From contig JAGCCQ010000030.1 of NCBI GenBank assembly GCA_017651565.1, positions 1 to 26,200 of the forward strand: a DNA stretch of 26,200 nucleotides, written 5' to 3'. The notes below the pieces were generated by a model. The model was not told where the DNA came from. It searched no databases and was given only the letters and a program-made list of their open reading frames with translations. Of the stretch, positions 24,813-26,200 are shown piece by piece (the first letter of the stretch is position 1; each line of letters opens with the position of its first letter). The stretch comes from Bacilli bacterium. GTDB lineage: Bacteria; Bacillota_I; Bacilli_A; RFN20; CAG-826. The position numbers and the translations under genes were made by a program.

Positions 24813-26200
24813 CTTTCTTGGAAATCATTATATAGAATTTTTTGACATGAAAAAAACAAATACTTCTTAATTATCAAAAAACAATAAATAAACTCAAAAT
24901 AAAAGTGGTTTCCATAAACAAATAGTTTTAGGTTAATTTTTCATGCAAAAACTTCGAAAACTTTAGTGAATTAACCTATAATTTGTATTTTCTTTGCAAT
25001 CAGATATCATTTTTTTAATCATTAATAGACAATTCTTTAAATTTGTTAGACAAAATTAGTCATAAATTATGGAGATTTTCCTTTCGAATTCCTTAAAAAA
25101 TTGTAAAGTTTAAAATTAAAACTAATCAAAGGAAAAATATTTGTTTTTCCAATTTTTGTTTTAAGTTTTATTAAATAAACTGTTTCGATATCGCAGAATT
25201 TTTAGCATTTAAAATTTTCATAAAATTACGGTATTTTTAGTAACAAAAGATATACAAAAATATCAAGGAATTTTTTTTATTAGTAAAGCAAACACAAACC
25301 GTATGCATTTTAAGGTTAATTTTGATTAAATACGCATCTTTTTTAAACAAAAATATAAAATTAATAAAACAATTATTTTTAAAGAATTAAGAAGTAAAAA
25401 TTTACTTTAAAATCACAAAAAAATAATTAAAAAATGATTAGTAATTGATTTTGTTCATTTATTTAGAAAAAAATATAACATTTTTGTCTTTTTTTCGACC
25501 TTGAAATAGATAACATAAACATTAATGTTTAAAAAAGATAATCAGACCTATCTTTAAGCAACAAATTTGTCTTAGTCCAAATATCTATGATCAAATTATT
25601 TCTTTAATGTTTTTTTCACAATTATATTCTTAAAACTAACAGTCAAAAAAATAATTAAAATACGGTTTTTTATTCCTAAAAGATTAAATTTTTTCAACGT
25701 AGAATATAGTGTTACATTAGAAAAAAACTCAGAATAGCTAAAATTAGTAAATAGATTGTAATAAAAGAATTAGCATAAGTTGATCATTGCTTAGACAATA
25801 ACCAAATAAATATTTTTCCATTTATTCAGCAATCACTTGTTATTTTTAGCTAATAGAAGAGACATAGTAGATTCATATTCTTTTTGTCTTAATTTCCGAA
25901 GTTTCTAGAGGTCTAATTTTTTTGCCATATAAAATCAGACTAAAGTGAATAAAATTGCTTAAAAGGGCTGAAAATACGGCTAAAAATGCTTTTTTACATA
26001 TAATTGCTCGACTATATCCTTAAAAAACACTTATTTTTCCACTTAAAAAGGGAAAATTTTTAAAATCCAATCAGGATATCTAATAAAAAGAAACGCAGTA
26101 GTGGTGGAGTATTAATTAATTCATTCATGAAAACCAACGAGAGTAAATTATAGCCAGCATTCCTTGTTTAGTTCTTTATCGATCTCCCTTTACTAATCTA
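24813..26200. other. About 1.4 kb of AT-rich (about 20% GC) sequence with no ORF of 60 codons or more on either strand.
   Basis: The ORF track is empty for this span. The sequence is rich in promoter-like hexamers, short inverted repeats (AGGTTAATT-N33-AATTAACCT near 24930) and repeated motifs (TTTTAGGTTAATTTT twice; TAGCTAAAA several times). Confidence 0.5.

Noticed and set aside
1-26200. Genetic code 4 (UGA read as Trp), suggested by the in-frame TGA in secA.
   Set aside because: prfB (RF2, the UGA reader) with an intact UGA-dependent frameshift is present. Trp codons elsewhere are TGG. No other long gene is interrupted by TGA.
23101-26200. CRISPR array, rRNA, or IS/transposase in the AT-rich region.
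   Set aside because: There are no regularly spaced repeats, no rRNA-like GC-rich conserved blocks, and no transposase or integrase-like ORF on either strand.

Overview
This is a low-GC (about 30-33% GC) bacterial chromosomal window that reads in genetic code 11. The code is supported by an RF2 gene (prfB) with the classic UGA-dependent +1 programmed frameshift, and by Trp being encoded by TGG. Gene content looks Bacillota/Mycoplasmatota-like. In order along the window: a housekeeping block secA (5' partial, with an in-frame TGA at 24-26)-prfB-yitT-like-uvrB-secG; a DUF308-like membrane protein and an M29 aminopeptidase; a convergent YolD-like/Y-family DNA polymerase cassette; cyclophilin; a tRNA-Ala(CGC) followed directly by a GC-rich, leaderless GNAT acetyltransferase gene that looks foreign, then a DUF3267 membrane zincin and degraded ORF fragments; a 737-aa Big_2 lipoprotein; a flotillin operon with an unknown small partner protein and a strong inverted-repeat operator; BioY; two tandem paralogous type-I membrane proteins with conserved cysteines; galK; a regulator-NUDIX-sugar-1-P nucleotidyltransferase operon; and finally about 3 kb of extremely AT-rich, almost ORF-free DNA. 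That last region holds one membrane-protein gene, a polypyrimidine/polypurine hairpin that can form a G-quadruplex, and several direct and inverted repeats. No CRISPR array, rRNA, integrase or transposase was seen.
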